From assembly GCF_046119375.1 (NCBI RefSeq), contig NW_027362761.1, positions 396,304,001-396,368,000 on the forward strand: a stretch of DNA of 64,000 bases, given 5' to 3'. This document shows positions 25,165 through 38,300 of the stretch, one piece after another. The notes below the pieces were generated by a model that worked only from the letters and a program-made list of their open reading frames with translations, did not search any database and was not told where the DNA came from. Made by a program: the position numbers and the translations under genes. The stretch comes from Phyllobates terribilis. Lineage: Eukaryota. Numbering within the stretch: the first letter of the stretch is position 1; each line of letters starts with the position of its first letter.

Positions 25165-26799
25165 CAGTTATATGAAAAAGTTTGGGCACCCCTATTAATC
25201 TTAAGCTTAATGTTTTATAAAAATTGGTGTTTTTGCAACAGCTCTTTCAGTTTGATATATGTAATAACTGTTGGACACAGTAATGTTTCTGCCTTGAAAT
25301 GAGGTTTATTGTACTAACAGAAAATGTGCAATCTGCATTCAAACAAAATTTGACAGGTGCATAAGTATGGGCACCTCACCAGAAAAGTGACATTAATATT
25401 TAGTAGATCCTCCATTTGCAAAAATAACAGCCTCTAGTTGCTTCTTGTAGCTTTTAATGATTTCCTGGATCCTGGATGAAGGTAGTTTTGACCATTCCTC
25501 TTTACAAAACAATTCCAGTTTAGTTAAGTTTGATGGTCGCCGAGCATGGACAGCCCTCTTCAAATGATCCCACAGATGTTCAATGATATTCAGGTCTGGG
25601 GACTGGGATGGCCATTCCAGAACATTGTAATTGTTCCTCTGCATGAATGCCTGAGTAGATTTGGAGCGGTGTTTTGGATCATTGTCTTGCTGAAGGATCC
25701 ATCCCCTACGTAACTTCAACTTTGTCACTGATTCTTGAACATTATTGTCAAGAATCTGCTGATACTGAGTGGAATCCATGCGTCCCTCAACTTTAAAAAG
25801 ATTCCGGTGCCGGCATTGGCCACACAGCCCCAAAGCATGATGGAACCTCCACCAAATTTTATTGTGGGTAGCAAGTGTTTTTCTTGGAATGCTGTGTTTT
25901 TTTGCCGCCATGCATAACGCCTTTTTGTATGACCAAACAACTCAATCTTGGTTTCATCAGTCCACAGGACCTTCTTCCAAAAAGAAATTGGCTTCTCCAA
26001 ATGTGCTTTTGCATACCTCAGCCGACTCTGTTTGTGGCGTGCTTGCAGAAACGGCTTCTTTCGCATCACTCTCCCATACAGCTTTTCCTTGTGCAAAGTG
26101 CGTTGTATAGTTGACCGATGCACAGTGACACCATCTGCAGCAAGTTAATGCTGCAGCTCTCTGGAGGTGGTCTGAGGATTGTCCTTGACTGATCTCACCA
26201 TTCTTCTTCTCTGCCTTTCTGATGTTTTTCTTAGCCTGCCACTTCTGGCCTTAACAAGAACTGTCACTGTGTTCTTCCATTTCCTTACTATGTTCCTCAC
26301 AGGTTAAATCTCTGAGACAGCTTTTTGTATCCTTCCCCTGAACAACTATGTTGAATAATCTTTGTTTTCAGATCATTTCACAGTTGTTTTGAGGAGCCCA
26401 TGATGCCACTCTTAAGAGGAGATTCAAACAGGAGAACAACTTGCAAGTGGCCACTTTAAGTAGCTTTTCTCATGATTGCATACACCTGGCTATGAAGTTC
26501 AAAGCTCAATGAGGTTACAAAACAAAAAAAGTGCTTTAGTAAGTCAGTAAAAAGTAGGTTGGAGTATTTAAAACAAGAAAATGATAAGGGTGGCCATACT
26601 TATGCACCTGACAAATTTTGTTTGAATGCAGATTGCACATTTTCTGTTAGTACAATAAACCTCATTTCAAGGCAGAAACATTACTGTGTCCAACAGTTAT
26701 TACATATATCAAACTGAAATAGCTGTTGCAAAAACACCAATTTTTATAAAACATTAAGCTTAAGATTAATAGGGGTGCCCAAACTTTTTCATATAACTG
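25165..26799 (-). mobile_element. Tc1/mariner transposon, about 215-bp near-identical TIRs, TA TSD
   Basis: TA|CAGTTATATGAAAAAGTTTGGGCACCCC ... GGGGTGCCCAAACTTTTTCATATAACTG|TA. Confidence 0.95.
25393..26401 (-). pseudogene. Tc1 DD34E transposase with stops and a frameshift
   Basis: GEGYKKLS, WTDETKIELF, QQDNDPKH and WPSQSPDLNIIEHLW across split ORFs. Confidence 0.9.
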
Positions 26800-27119
26800 T
26801 ATCTGTCTATATATCTATCTATCTCTCTACTGATAAAGAGATTTTATTGTCTGTTGTGTCACACTTGGTCTTGGTCATCCTGACAACCATTCATAAAAAA
26901 AAATGATGTTTAACACACAAAGATGTGCTGCATTACGGAACGTTAGCCAAATATTAATCAGCATGTGGCTTAAGTTTATTGGGATCAAAGGTCATTAGTT
27001 CTTGTTCATGATTCTCCAAGGACAGTTCTAACATTTTTCATACATGCATTCAGTAGTCCTACTAGAACCAAAAAGTATCCCCTCTAACCAACCATCTGCA
27101 GTCCTGTACGACTCCTCAA

Positions 27120-29850
27120 TAGCGATGGGGAACCCCTGGATGCTCGGGTACGGAGAGTTCGGCCGAACAGCAATTAAAAGTTAAGGTTTCGGGTACCAGA
27201 ACAGAACCCAAACCTGCATTCTTCTGAATGGGGGACTAGAACATCCAAACAGGGGTTTTGATTGACGGTAGCATAGTTAAAATAGGTCAGAGTGCTGCGA
27301 GAGTGCTGTCAGGTGTCAGTGTGATCCTGCAGCTGTCACTGTGACCAGCAGTAAAAAGCTTACCGTGGGTCACAGGTGCCAGCTGATGAGACTACTACTC
27401 CCGTCAGCTGATGCCTGCTGTCACTGATAACAGCGAGAGCAGGCGCCACTGGATGGGAGAAATAGTCACTCATCAGCTGGCACCTGTGCTCAAAGTAAAA
27501 AAAAAGATGTTAAAATTATTAAATTATTTTTTAACTAAAACAAAAAAACACATTATACTCACCTACACCTAATCTCGATGCCCTTTTTTACCCCTGTAAA
27601 AAATAAAAAAGACCATATACTCACCTTAACGCCTTATCCACGATGCCCATGTCACCTGTAAAAAAATCAAAAATAAACTACCATATCCCTCACCTGTTTG
27701 CCGTAATTCCAGTAATCCAGATTGGATCATTTACAGAACAGTCACATTGGGAGATGTGACTTTGCTATCCGGTAGCCCGCGATACACTGACAAGAGAATA
27801 ATGACTCCTGCAGTGTATAGCACTAATCTGTCATGAAATAGGTCACACAAGTTCATCAGCTGATGAACTTCTATGACCTCACTTACGGCACCACCGCTGC
27901 ATGAGAAAATTCTCACGCAGCGGTGATGCAGTAAGTGAGATCACTTGAGCTCATCAGCTGCTGTACTCATGTGACCTCTCTCTTTGCAGCTCAGCACTAA
28001 GCACTGACTATGCGATTACACTCCTGTGTCAATGTCAGACTGCTGTCATGTAGATCAGTCACATCAGTGACTGCTGATGTAACTGCTCTACATTTGATCC
28101 AATCGCCGTGGGATACTCTGGTTTATTTAATCACGTCGGACAGGTGAGGGATATGGTTGTTTTTATTTTTGTTTTTTTACCAGGGACAATGGATTCAAAT
28201 GGATTATGTTTTAGTTGAGTATAAGGTTAATTTTTATATTTTCTGTTTTTACAGGGGACAATAGTTTCAGGGGATTAGGCGTTAGGTGAGTATACTGTGT
28301 TTTTTATTTTCAAATAAATGATAAAAACCGTATGGACTTTCATTTCAAATAAAGGATTTTTTTTCAGGCCGTGTGTTTATTTTCAAACTTGTACTATGGG
28401 GTTAGCAATGGGGGCGTCTTACAGATGCCTCTCCATCACTAACCTGGGCTTCATGTCAGCTGCCAATACAAACCTGACAGGAACCCCATCCCTGTTACCC
28501 CACTTGCCCCCCCATCAGGGCAAGTGGGAAGAGCGAGGCTAAGTGCCAGATATGGCGCATCTTATTGATGCACCATTTCTGGGGCAGTGGAGAGCGGATG
28601 TTATTAGCCTTGAAGGGGGCCAGTATCTATGGCCCCTTCCCTGGCTATTAAAATCAGACAGCAGCTGTCTGGTTAGCCTTCGCTGTTTAGATTTTTAGGG
28701 GGACCCTGAGTCAAAATTTTTCTGGGGTTCCCCTGTAATCTAGCCAGTAAGCGCTAAGCAAACTGCTTTGGGCTGTTATTAATAGCCTGGGAACATCTAT
28801 AGCTAATGGCCCCTTTCCATGGCTAGTAAAATCAGCCCACAGTGGTTGGCTTTCCCTCTGCTGGTTATGAAAATTATACAATAGGCCACGCCATTTTTTT
28901 CATTTATTTTTTTATTTATTACAGTATAATAGTATAATACACACCCAAGGTAACCTTAGTTCCAGGTGTTCCAGCTGCTGGAAAGTCCAGTGAACCTTAA
29001 ATGTCCCCTAAAGTTTCCCATGAGTTTTCAGGGCTTTGCAGCTGCCGGGAGACCAAGTGACTTTGAATTCGAGTGGCTTTGAACTTTATCTGATGAGCTC
29101 CGGTGATCTCACTCACTGCACCATCGCTGCGTGAGAATTTTCTCACCAAGCGGTGGTAGCAAACGTGAGGTCACAGGAGTTCCTCAGCTAATGAACTTGT
29201 GTGACCTCTCTCACAGCAGCTCAGCACTATATACTGTGGGAGCGATTACGCTCCTGTCAGTGTATCACTGGCTGCCAGATAGAGCAGTAATATCTCCCGA
29301 TTTGACTGTTTTGTAAATGATCCGATCACCGAGTGACAATCTAGATTACCGGGATTATGGCAGACAGGTGATAGATATGGTGGTTTATTATTTTTGTTTT
29401 TTTACAGGTGACATGGCCATCGGGGATAAGGCGTTAAGATGAGTATATGGCCTTTTTTTACAGGGGACAAAGGCATCGAGGATTAGTTGTAGGTGAGTAG
29501 AATGTGTTTTTAATTTTTATTTCAATAATTATTTATTAATTTTAACTTTTTTTTTTTACTTTGAGCACAGGTGCCGGCTAATGAGAGACTACTTCTCCCA
29601 TCCAGCGGCGCCTGCTCTCTCTGTTAACAGTGTCAGCAGGTGTCAGCTGATGGGAGTAGAAGTAAGCTTTTTACCACAGGTCACAGTGACAGCAGGGGGA
29701 TTACTCTGATATCTGATAACGTGATCCTGCAGCACTCTGACCTGCGGTAACTATGTGACCGTCGATCAGAGACCCTGTTTCCTGCACTGTCAGGCAGATG
29801 ACAGCTCAGAAAACACCCGAACTCGAACAGTAACACGGACTTCCTGAGTC
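27120..29850. mobile_element. Older foldback non-autonomous element (hAT-like subtermini)
   Basis: 27290-28000 is a degenerate inverted repeat of 29100-29760; CGAAC motifs near the ends; no intact TIR or TSD. Confidence 0.6.
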
Positions 29851-30189
29851 AATTGATTTCTTCATTTTTCGTTTTTCACTTGAAATATAAATTATTATAT
29901 ATTAGCTATCTCTTTTCTACTCTCATCATTTATATTTTCTAAGCATTATTTAGCTTTCAGACTTGCATTGAAACTTATCATTGAATCTTTGAACATAAGT
30001 TTCACCTGCTCTTCATAATTTCTTTATAGTTTTAAGGTTGTAAGTAGTGTTGAGCATTCCGATACTGAAATATCGGGTATCGGCCGATATTCGCGGTATC
30101 GGAATTCCGATACTTAATTCCGATACTATTGCAATATCGTATACCGGAATCGGAAGTTCCCATAATGCAATGAGACATTTTCATTTTAT

Positions 30190-30320
30190 TCAGCCAATGA
30201 GGATCCTAAGAAGTGTGGGCACATCCTGCTAGGCATGTAGGCATCTTAACTAATGGCATGGCTGTGATTGGCTGCTGAAATGATGTCATGATGCACTATA
30301 AAAGCCACCGCCGCCATTTT
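30190..30320 (+). promoter_or_regulatory. Putative Pol II promoter of the transposase
   Basis: CCAAT 30194-30198, ATTGG 30267-30271, TATAAAAG 30297-30304, YY1-type GCCGCCATTTT 30310-30320. Confidence 0.6.
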
Positions 30321-30419
30321 GAGCTCACTCTGCTGTGAATTCAGTTAGGGATAGGACGCTGTTGTTCTGAGGGACAGTTTTAGCTACCTATTTGCTCTAT
30401 ACTGCTTTACCCAAGCTAC

Positions 30420-31497
30420 TTTCTAAATCACTGTGCCTTGCAGTGCTAGTGCACAGTTCCCTGTGCTGTTCACCGCTATCTGCAAGGTCTGTGTGTGTGA
30501 GTGCAGCTCACCCTGTAGTGTGTGCTTCAGCCAAGTCTGGTTGTAGTGCACTCAGTGTGTGTCACTGCCTCATACATTGTCCTTTTTTGCCAATTCATAA
30601 TTTTTCCTGATATCTCCTATTAGTGTGGTGGTTCCATCTGTATTCAGCTAAATTGGTTCCAAACACACTATATAGGAGTAGATAGAGAAATTTTTTTCCG
30701 TCTTGCAGCACTAGTGCACAGTGCTCTGCATCTGTACTGTTCACCGCTGTCTGCAAGGTCTGGTGTGTGAGTGCAGCTCACCCTGTAGTGTGTGCTTCAA
30801 CCCCGTCTGGTTGTAGTGCACTCAGTGTGTGTCACTGCCTCATACATTGTCCTTTATTGCCAATTCATAATTTTTCCTGATATCTCCTATTAGTGTGGTG
30901 GTTCCATCTGTATTCAGCTAAATTGGTTCCAAACACACTATATAGGAGTAGATAGAGAAATTTTTTTCCGTCTTGCAGCACTAGTGCACAGTGCTCTGCA
31001 TCTGTACTGTTCACCGCTGTCTGCAAGGTCTGGTGTGTGAGTGCAGCTCACCCTGTAGTGTGTGCTTCAACCCCGTCTGGTTGTAGTGCACTCAGTGTGT
31101 GTCACTGCCTCATACATTGTCCTTTATTGCCAATTCATAATTTTTCCTGATATCTCCTATTAGTGTGGTGGTTCCATCTGTATTCAGCTAAATTGGTTCC
31201 AAACACACTATATAGGAGTAGATAGAGAATTTTTTTTCCGTCTTGCAGCACTAGTGCACAGTGCTCTGCATCTGTACTGTTCACCGCTGTCTGCAAGGTC
31301 TGGTGTGTGAGTGCAGCTCACCCTGTAGTGTGTGCTTCAACCCCGTCTGGTTGTAGTGCACTCAGTGTGTGTCACTGCCTCATACATTGTCCTTTATTGC
31401 CAATTCATAATTTTTCCTGATATCTCCTATTAGTGTGGTGGTTCCATCCATATTCAGCTAAATTGATTCCAAACACACTATATAGGAGTAGATAGAG
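30420..31497. repeat. 4 x 270-bp tandem repeat between promoter and ATG
   Basis: GTGCAGCTCA at 30501, 30771, 31041 and 31311. Confidence 0.95.
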
Positions 31498-31852
31498 GAG
31501 CCTTTCTGCAGCATTGGGCCCTGCAGCCCCAGCCAGATTAGTATTAGCCTATTTTTTGCAGCCTCATCTATTGCATTGTATGTTACCTTCCTACATTGTA
31601 ATAGCTACAAAAAGTTTGTGATACTATCGTTATTACATCTTTAGGCACATCCAGTGTCTTTTTGTGACAAAAAAAACCTAAATAAAGTTCACCAAACACT
31701 CCACTTTACAGTTGTGTAGGCCACATTAGCTCATATTAAAGTCTAGTCCACACTTTATAAAATTAGTGTTTCTTATACCTGTTAGCAGCTGTTCAGGAAT
31801 AAGCACACTAAGCCCTTAGTACTTTTCTGCCTATCTTTATCAGTCTACCAAG

Positions 31853-34800
31853 ATGAAGAAGGCAGGGAGTAAGGCATGTGGTCGTGGTCGTGGGCGTGGG
31901 CGTGGAGTTTCTGCAGGGAGAGGACGTGAGGATTCTGTGCCTGCAGGGAGAGGACGTGGGGATTCTGTGCCTGCTGCGGGCACCAGTGACTCAGCATCCC
32001 CCAGTTTTACCAGGGAACAGTCCTTTATGCGCAGCTTTGTAGGAGCTAGCCGTACCCCACTGCTGCGCGAGGACCAAATTGAAGCCGTTGTCGGATGGAT
32101 GGCAGCTAACGCATCGACTTCAATTAGTTCCAGATCCTCTCAGGTCCTGAGCACTGAAGAGCACCCATCTGTCTCTTCACCACCTGCCAAATTGCCCAGG
32201 CAGTCAGAGAGCCCTGGACAGGAGCCATCTCTACTTCTGTTCTCTGAATCTCTTGGCTTGGAAAGAGGGGGCCAGCCAAGCAGAATTCGAGAATTTGAAG
32301 AAGAGGTAGTATGCAGTGATGCGCAACCGTTTTGTCTCTCTGAATCTGAAGAGGCGGGTGGGCCAGTGCCTATGGTCAGCAGCACACCTCAGTACGCATC
32401 TGATGATGAGACTCAGGTGCCACTTTCTGGTGCGTACTGTGCTGTCGAGACTACCCAGGAGAAGCAGTTGTTTGAAGAGGGTGGTGTAGATGATGAGGTC
32501 CTTGACCCATCATGGCGTGAGGGACAGGAAGGTGGTGGGAGCAGCTCTGAGGAAGAGATTCCCCGAACGGCCCAAAAAGGAGGGAGAGGGAGGGGGCAGA
32601 CTTGGTTGCCTGTAGCCTCCACTTCGGCACCCATTAGGAGCATGGCTCTTCCAAAATCCAAAGCGGGCGCTCCCAAGACTTGCAGTGCCTGGTCCTTTTT
32701 TGACACAGTTGCAGATGACATTTGCTTTGTCAAATGCAAGCTGTGTAATCAGAAGGTGAAAAGAGGGAAAAGTGTCAGCAACCTCAATACCACAAATATG
32801 TGGAAACATGTGCGGACCAAGCACGTGGTGGAGTTACACAAACACACTGAAGACCTAGGCCAACCTACAGCGCCACCTACCACCTCTTCAGCTCGTGTTG
32901 TAGCCTCTTCCTCCAGCTCACACACAGCTGGTTCGGCTTCCTCACAGGATCGCCATGGAAGAATCTCTGGCACTGTTGTACAGAGACACAGTGTAATTCC
33001 ACCCACAGCACCACTTTCCCAGTCATCCTCACACTCCCAGGCCAGTCTACAGCCATCGTTAGCACAGGCATGGGAGAAAAGGCGCCCATACTCGGCAAAC
33101 CACCCCCGAGCACAGGCTCTGAATGCTGGCATTGCTAAACTACTGGCCCTTGAAATGCTATCATTCAGGCTGGTGGAGACTGACACATTCCGTAACTTTA
33201 TGGCATTGGCAGTCCCACAATACAACGTGCCCAGCCGCTTTTATTTCAGCAGGCAAGCCGTCCCTGCCCTGCAACATCATGTGGAGGGAAAAATTAAACA
33301 TGCGCTACAAAACGCCGTCAGTAGCAAGGTCCACCTGACCACTGATGCGTGGACCAGTAAGCATGGACAGGGACGATACCTTTCCCTCACTGCCCATTGG
33401 GTAAATGTTGTGGAGCCGGGTACAGATCTTGAGAGTGGCGCTGTACGTGTTCTGCCAACTCCAAGGATTGCAGGAATCCAGTCTGTACACATTGACTCCT
33501 CCTCATACTCCAGTTCCTCTGAATCAGCGCTGCAGGAGCCGTCACGGTCTACCTCCACATCGACCCGTGAACGGTTACCTGTTATGATGACCGATATGAG
33601 CACAGCCGTGGCCAAACGTCAACAGGCCGTATTAAAATTAATTTCTTTGGGGAATCGAAGCCACACAGCGCAGGAGCTCTGGAATGCCATCAAGCAGCAG
33701 AGTGACGTGTGGTTTGTGCCAGCGAATCTCCAGCCAGGCATGGTAGTGTGTGACAATGGCCGAAATCTGGTGGCAGCTCTGGGCCTAGGCAACCTCACTC
33801 ACATCCCATGTCTGGCACATGTGCTCAACTTGGTCGTGCAGAGTTTTTTGAGGGACTATCCGGATCTTGATGCACTGCTTCACAAGGTCCGCATAGAGTG
33901 CGCTCACTTGCGGCGTTCCAGCAATGCAAGATCACGCATTGCAGCTCTGCAGCGCCGATTATGTCTTCCGGAACATCGCATCATATGTGACCTACCCACC
34001 AGGTGGAATTCAACGTTACATATGTTGGAGAGGTTGTGTGAGCAGCAGGCAGCAGTAATGGAGTACCAGCTGCAGCAGGCGCAAACAAGTCGCAGTGCGC
34101 GCCGTTCACACTTCACCACCACTGAGTGGGCCTCTATGAAGGACATTTGCCACGTTTTGCGTGCCTTCGATTATTCCACGCGGATGGCGAGTGCAGATGA
34201 TGCACTAGTCAGCATGACTATCCCCCTTATCTGCCTGCTTGAAAAAACACTGCAAGCACTAAGGGACGAGGTTTTGGAAGAGGTGGAGGATGAGGAGTCA
34301 CAAATGCCATCTGCTTCTCTACAGTCTGCGCAACGTGGTTCCTCACAAAGGCCTAGGCAGGGGACACTTTGTGAGGAGGATGAGGAGGAGTCAATGGATG
34401 AGGAAGACATCTGTCCAGAGCAGGGAGGTACACAATGCTCTAGTAGTCAGTATCTAGAGCGAGGGTGGGGTGATGCAGAGCAGGCAGAGATCACGCCTCA
34501 AGCAGGGGACAGCGTTTCTTGGCCAGTTGGCAGTCTGCAGCACATGGTTGATTTCATGCTGCAGTGCCTCAGAAACGACCGCCGCATCGCCCACATTCTC
34601 AACACGGCTGATTATTGGGTGTCCACCCTCCTAGATCCTCGCTACCGGGACAACTTACAAAGCCTCATAACACCATTGAACCGGGAGCGTAAAATGCGGG
34701 AGTACCAAGACGCACTGGTGCATTCCATCATGTTCTCCATTCCAACCGAGAGCAGTGCTGCTAGTGCTTTACAAAGCAGCTCAGTGCGTCGAGGCAGTGG

Positions 34801-35245
34801 AGGAAGCTCTGCACAAAGAGGGAGCAGAAGCAGCGCCTCAGCACAAGGCAAGACCAGCATGGCCGAAATGTGGCAAAGTTTTGTGTCCCCACCGCCACAA
34901 ATGTCTACACCATCACAGACAGCTCCAGTCAGCAGGAGGCAACGTTTCCGTCAGATGGTGACAGACTACATGTCTTGCCCTCTTAGTGTACTCCCAGACG
35001 GCTCTTCTCCCTTCAAGTTTTGGGTCTGTAAGCTGGATACATGGCCAGAGTTTAGTCAGTATGCACTGGAGGTGCTAGCTTGCCCTGCTGCTAGTGTATT
35101 ATCGGAACGCGTCTTTAGTGCCGCAGGTGGTGTACTAACAGACCGTCGCATGCGACTATCCTCCGATAACGTTGACCGGCTTACTTTTCTCAAAATGAAC
35201 AAGGCCTGGATCTCTCATGAATTTGCCAGTCCTCTTCCAGAATAA
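31853..35245 (+). CDS. hAT transposase, 1130 aa (BED zinc finger, DDE, C-terminal dimerisation domain)
   Basis: RG-rich N-terminus; AWSFF..CKLC..KHVRTKH; HLTTDAW; VCDNG; PCLAH; TRWNST; SVLSERVFSAAG..RLSSDNVDRLTFLKMN; AATAAA overlaps the stop (35241-35246). Confidence 0.97.
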   Translation: MKKAGSKACGRGRGRGRGVSAGRGREDSVPAGRGRGDSVPAAGTSDSASPSFTREQSFMRSFVGASRTPLLREDQIEAVVGWMAANASTSISSRSSQVLSTEEHPSVSSPPAKLPRQSESPGQEPSLLLFSESLGLERGGQPSRIREFEEEVVCSDAQPFCLSESEEAGGPVPMVSSTPQYASDDETQVPLSGAYCAVETTQEKQLFEEGGVDDEVLDPSWREGQEGGGSSSEEEIPRTAQKGGRGRGQTWLPVASTSAPIRSMALPKSKAGAPKTCSAWSFFDTVADDICFVKCKLCNQKVKRGKSVSNLNTTNMWKHVRTKHVVELHKHTEDLGQPTAPPTTSSARVVASSSSSHTAGSASSQDRHGRISGTVVQRHSVIPPTAPLSQSSSHSQASLQPSLAQAWEKRRPYSANHPRAQALNAGIAKLLALEMLSFRLVETDTFRNFMALAVPQYNVPSRFYFSRQAVPALQHHVEGKIKHALQNAVSSKVHLTTDAWTSKHGQGRYLSLTAHWVNVVEPGTDLESGAVRVLPTPRIAGIQSVHIDSSSYSSSSESALQEPSRSTSTSTRERLPVMMTDMSTAVAKRQQAVLKLISLGNRSHTAQELWNAIKQQSDVWFVPANLQPGMVVCDNGRNLVAALGLGNLTHIPCLAHVLNLVVQSFLRDYPDLDALLHKVRIECAHLRRSSNARSRIAALQRRLCLPEHRIICDLPTRWNSTLHMLERLCEQQAAVMEYQLQQAQTSRSARRSHFTTTEWASMKDICHVLRAFDYSTRMASADDALVSMTIPLICLLEKTLQALRDEVLEEVEDEESQMPSASLQSAQRGSSQRPRQGTLCEEDEEESMDEEDICPEQGGTQCSSSQYLERGWGDAEQAEITPQAGDSVSWPVGSLQHMVDFMLQCLRNDRRIAHILNTADYWVSTLLDPRYRDNLQSLITPLNRERKMREYQDALVHSIMFSIPTESSAASALQSSSVRRGSGGSSAQRGSRSSASAQGKTSMAEMWQSFVSPPPQMSTPSQTAPVSRRQRFRQMVTDYMSCPLSVLPDGSSPFKFWVCKLDTWPEFSQYALEVLACPAASVLSERVFSAAGGVLTDRRMRLSSDNVDRLTFLKMNKAWISHEFASPLPE

Positions 35246-35309
35246 ATAATTGGTTGACAACAGTATCCAGGTCTCCTGTTCTGTTCATGTTTCTACCACC
35301 TGAACTGTA

Positions 35310-38300
35310 ATCCCTGAGCTCCAACACCGCCAGTTGGCGCTCGGAAGTGCCGTCTGCACAGTCAACACTTGCTGCCGTGTTATTGGGGTTCAGTAACGTC
35401 AGCTGTTCTCCTGCTGTGCGGACGGCAATTTCTCCTGATTTGTCCACATCCACTGTACTACACATTTTAAAGTTGCTCCAATTACTCCTCTGGCTCCTCT
35501 GTTTTCATTCTTATCCCTGGGCTCCAGCACCGCCAGTTGGCGCTCGGAAGTGCTGTCTGCACAGTCAACACTTGCTACCATGTTATTGGGGTTCAGTAAC
35601 GTCAGCTGTTCCCCTGCTGTGCGGACGGCAATTTCTCCTGCTCTGTCCACATTCTCACTACTACAGATTTTAAAGTTGCTCCAATTACACCTCTGGCTCC
35701 TCTGTTTTCATTCTTATCCCTGGGCTCCAGCACCGCCAGTTGGCGCTCGGAAGTGCCGTCTGCACAGTCAACACTTGCTGCGGTGTTATTGGGGTTCGGT
35801 AACGTCAGCTGTTCCCCTGCTGTGTTCACGGCAATTTCTCCTGCTCTGTCCATATTCACTGTGCTACTTATTTAAAACTTGCTCCAATTACACCTCTGGC
35901 TCCTCCGTTTTTAGTATTTACCCTGGGCTCCAACACCGCCAGTTGGCGCTCGGAAGTGCTGTCTGCACAGTCAACACTTGCTGCCGTGTTATTGGGGTTC
36001 AGTAACGTCAGCTGTTCTCCTGCTGTGCGGACGGCAATTTCTCCTGCTTTGTCCACATCCACTGTACTACACATTTTAAAGTTGCTCGAATTACACCTCT
36101 GGCTCCTCTGTTTTCATTCTTATCCCTGGGCTCCAGCACCGCCAGTTGGCGCTCGGAAGTGCCGTCTGCACAGTCAACACTTGCTGCCGTGTTATTGGGG
36201 TTCAGTAACGTCAGCTGTTCTCCTGCTGTGCGGACGGCAATTTCTCCTGCTTTGTCCACATCCACTGTACTACACATTTTAAAGTTGCTCGAATTACACC
36301 TCTGGCTCCTCTGTTTTCATTCTTATCCCTGGGCTCCAGCACCACCAGTTGGCGCTCGGAAGTGCCGTCTGCACAGTCAACACTTGCTACCATGTTATTG
36401 GGGTTCAGTAACGTCAGCTGTTCCCCTGCTGTGTTCACGGCAATTTCTCCTGCTCTGTCCATATTCACTGTGCTACTTATTTAAAACTTGCTCCAATTAC
36501 ACCTCTGGCTCCTCCGTTTTTAGTATTTACCCTGGGCTCCAACACCGCCAGTTGGCGCTCGGAAGTGCTGTCTGCACAGTCAACACTTGCTGCCGTGTTA
36601 TTGGGGTTCAGTAACGTCAGCTGTTCCCCTGCTGTGCGGACGGCAATTTCTCCTGCTCTGTCCACATTCTCACTACTACAGATTTTAAAGTTGCTCCAAT
36701 TACACCTCTGGCTCCTCTGTTTTCATTCTTATCCCTGGGCTCCAGCACCGCCAGTTGGCGCTCGGAAGTGCCGTCTGCACAGTCAACACTTGCTGCCGTG
36801 TTATTGGGGTTCAGTAACGTCAGCTGTTCTCCTGCTGTGCGGACGGCAATTTCTCCTGATTTGTCCACATCCACTGTACTACACATTTTAAAGTTGCTCC
36901 AATTACTCCTCTGGCTCCTCTGTTTTCATTCTTATCCCTGGGCTCCAGCACCGCCAGTTGGCGCTCGGAAGTGCTGTCTGCACAGTCAACACTTGCTACC
37001 ATGTTATTGGGGTTCAGTAACGTCAGCTGTTCCCCTGCTGTGCGGACGGCAATTTCTCCTGCTCTGTCCACATTCTCACTACTACAGATTTTAAAGTTGC
37101 TCCAATTACACCTCTGGCTCCTCTGTTTTCATTCTTATCCCTGGGCTCCAGCACCGCCAGTTGGCGCTCGGAAGTGCCGTCTGCACAGTCAACACTTGCT
37201 GCGGTGTTATTGGGGTTCGGTAACGTCAGCTGTTCCCCTGCTGTGTTCACGGCAATTTCTCCTGCTCTGTCCATATTCACTGTGCTACTTATTTAAAACT
37301 TGCTCCAATTACACCTCTGGCTCCTCCGTTTTTAGTATTTACCCTGGGCTCCAACACCGCCAGTTGGCGCTCGGAAGTGCTGTCTGCACAGTCAACACTT
37401 GCTGCCGTGTTATTGGGGTTCAGTAACGTCAGCTGTTCTCCTGCTGTGCGGACGGCAATTTCTCCTGCTTTGTCCACATCCACTGTACTACACATTTTAA
37501 AGTTGCTCGAATTACACCTCTGGCTCCTCTGTTTTCATTCTTATCCCTGGGCTCCAGCACCGCCAGTTGGCGCTCGGAAGTGCCGTCTGCACAGTCAACA
37601 CTTGCTGCCGTGTTATTGGGGTTCAGTAACGTCAGCTGTTCTCCTGCTGTGCGGACGGCAATTTCTCCTGCTTTGTCCACATCCACTGTACTACACATTT
37701 TAAAGTTGCTCGAATTACACCTCTGGCTCCTCTGTTTTCATTCTTATCCCTGGGCTCCAGCACCGCCAGTTGGCGCTCGGAAGTGCCGTCTGCACAGTCA
37801 ACACTTGCTACCATGTTATTGGGGTTCAGTAACGTCAGCTGTTCCCCTGCTGTGTTCACGGCAATTTCTCCTGCTCTGTCCATATTCACTGTGCTACTTA
37901 TTTAAAACTTGCTCCAATTACACCTCTGGCTCCTCCGTTTTTAGTATTTACCCTGGGCTCCAACACCGCCAGTTGGCGCTCGGAAGTGCTGTCTGCACAG
38001 TCAACACTTGCTGCCGTGTTATTGGGGTTCAGTAACGTCAGCTGTTCCCCTGCTGTGCGGACGGCAATTTCTCCTGCTCTGTCCACATTCTCACTACTAC
38101 AGATTTTAAAGTTGCTCCAATTACACCTCTGGCTCCTCTGTTTTCATTCTTATCCCTGGGCTCCAGCACCGCCAGTTGGCGCTCGGAAGTGCTGTCTGCA
38201 CAGTCAACACTTGCTACCATGTTATTGGGGTTCAGTAACGTCAGCTGTTCCCCTGCTGTGCGGACGGCAATTTCTCCTGCTCTGTCCACATTCTCACTAC

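Noticed and set aside
27370-29110. CTGATGAG at about 27384 and 29090 as hammerhead cores
   Set aside because: No stem II followed by GAAA.
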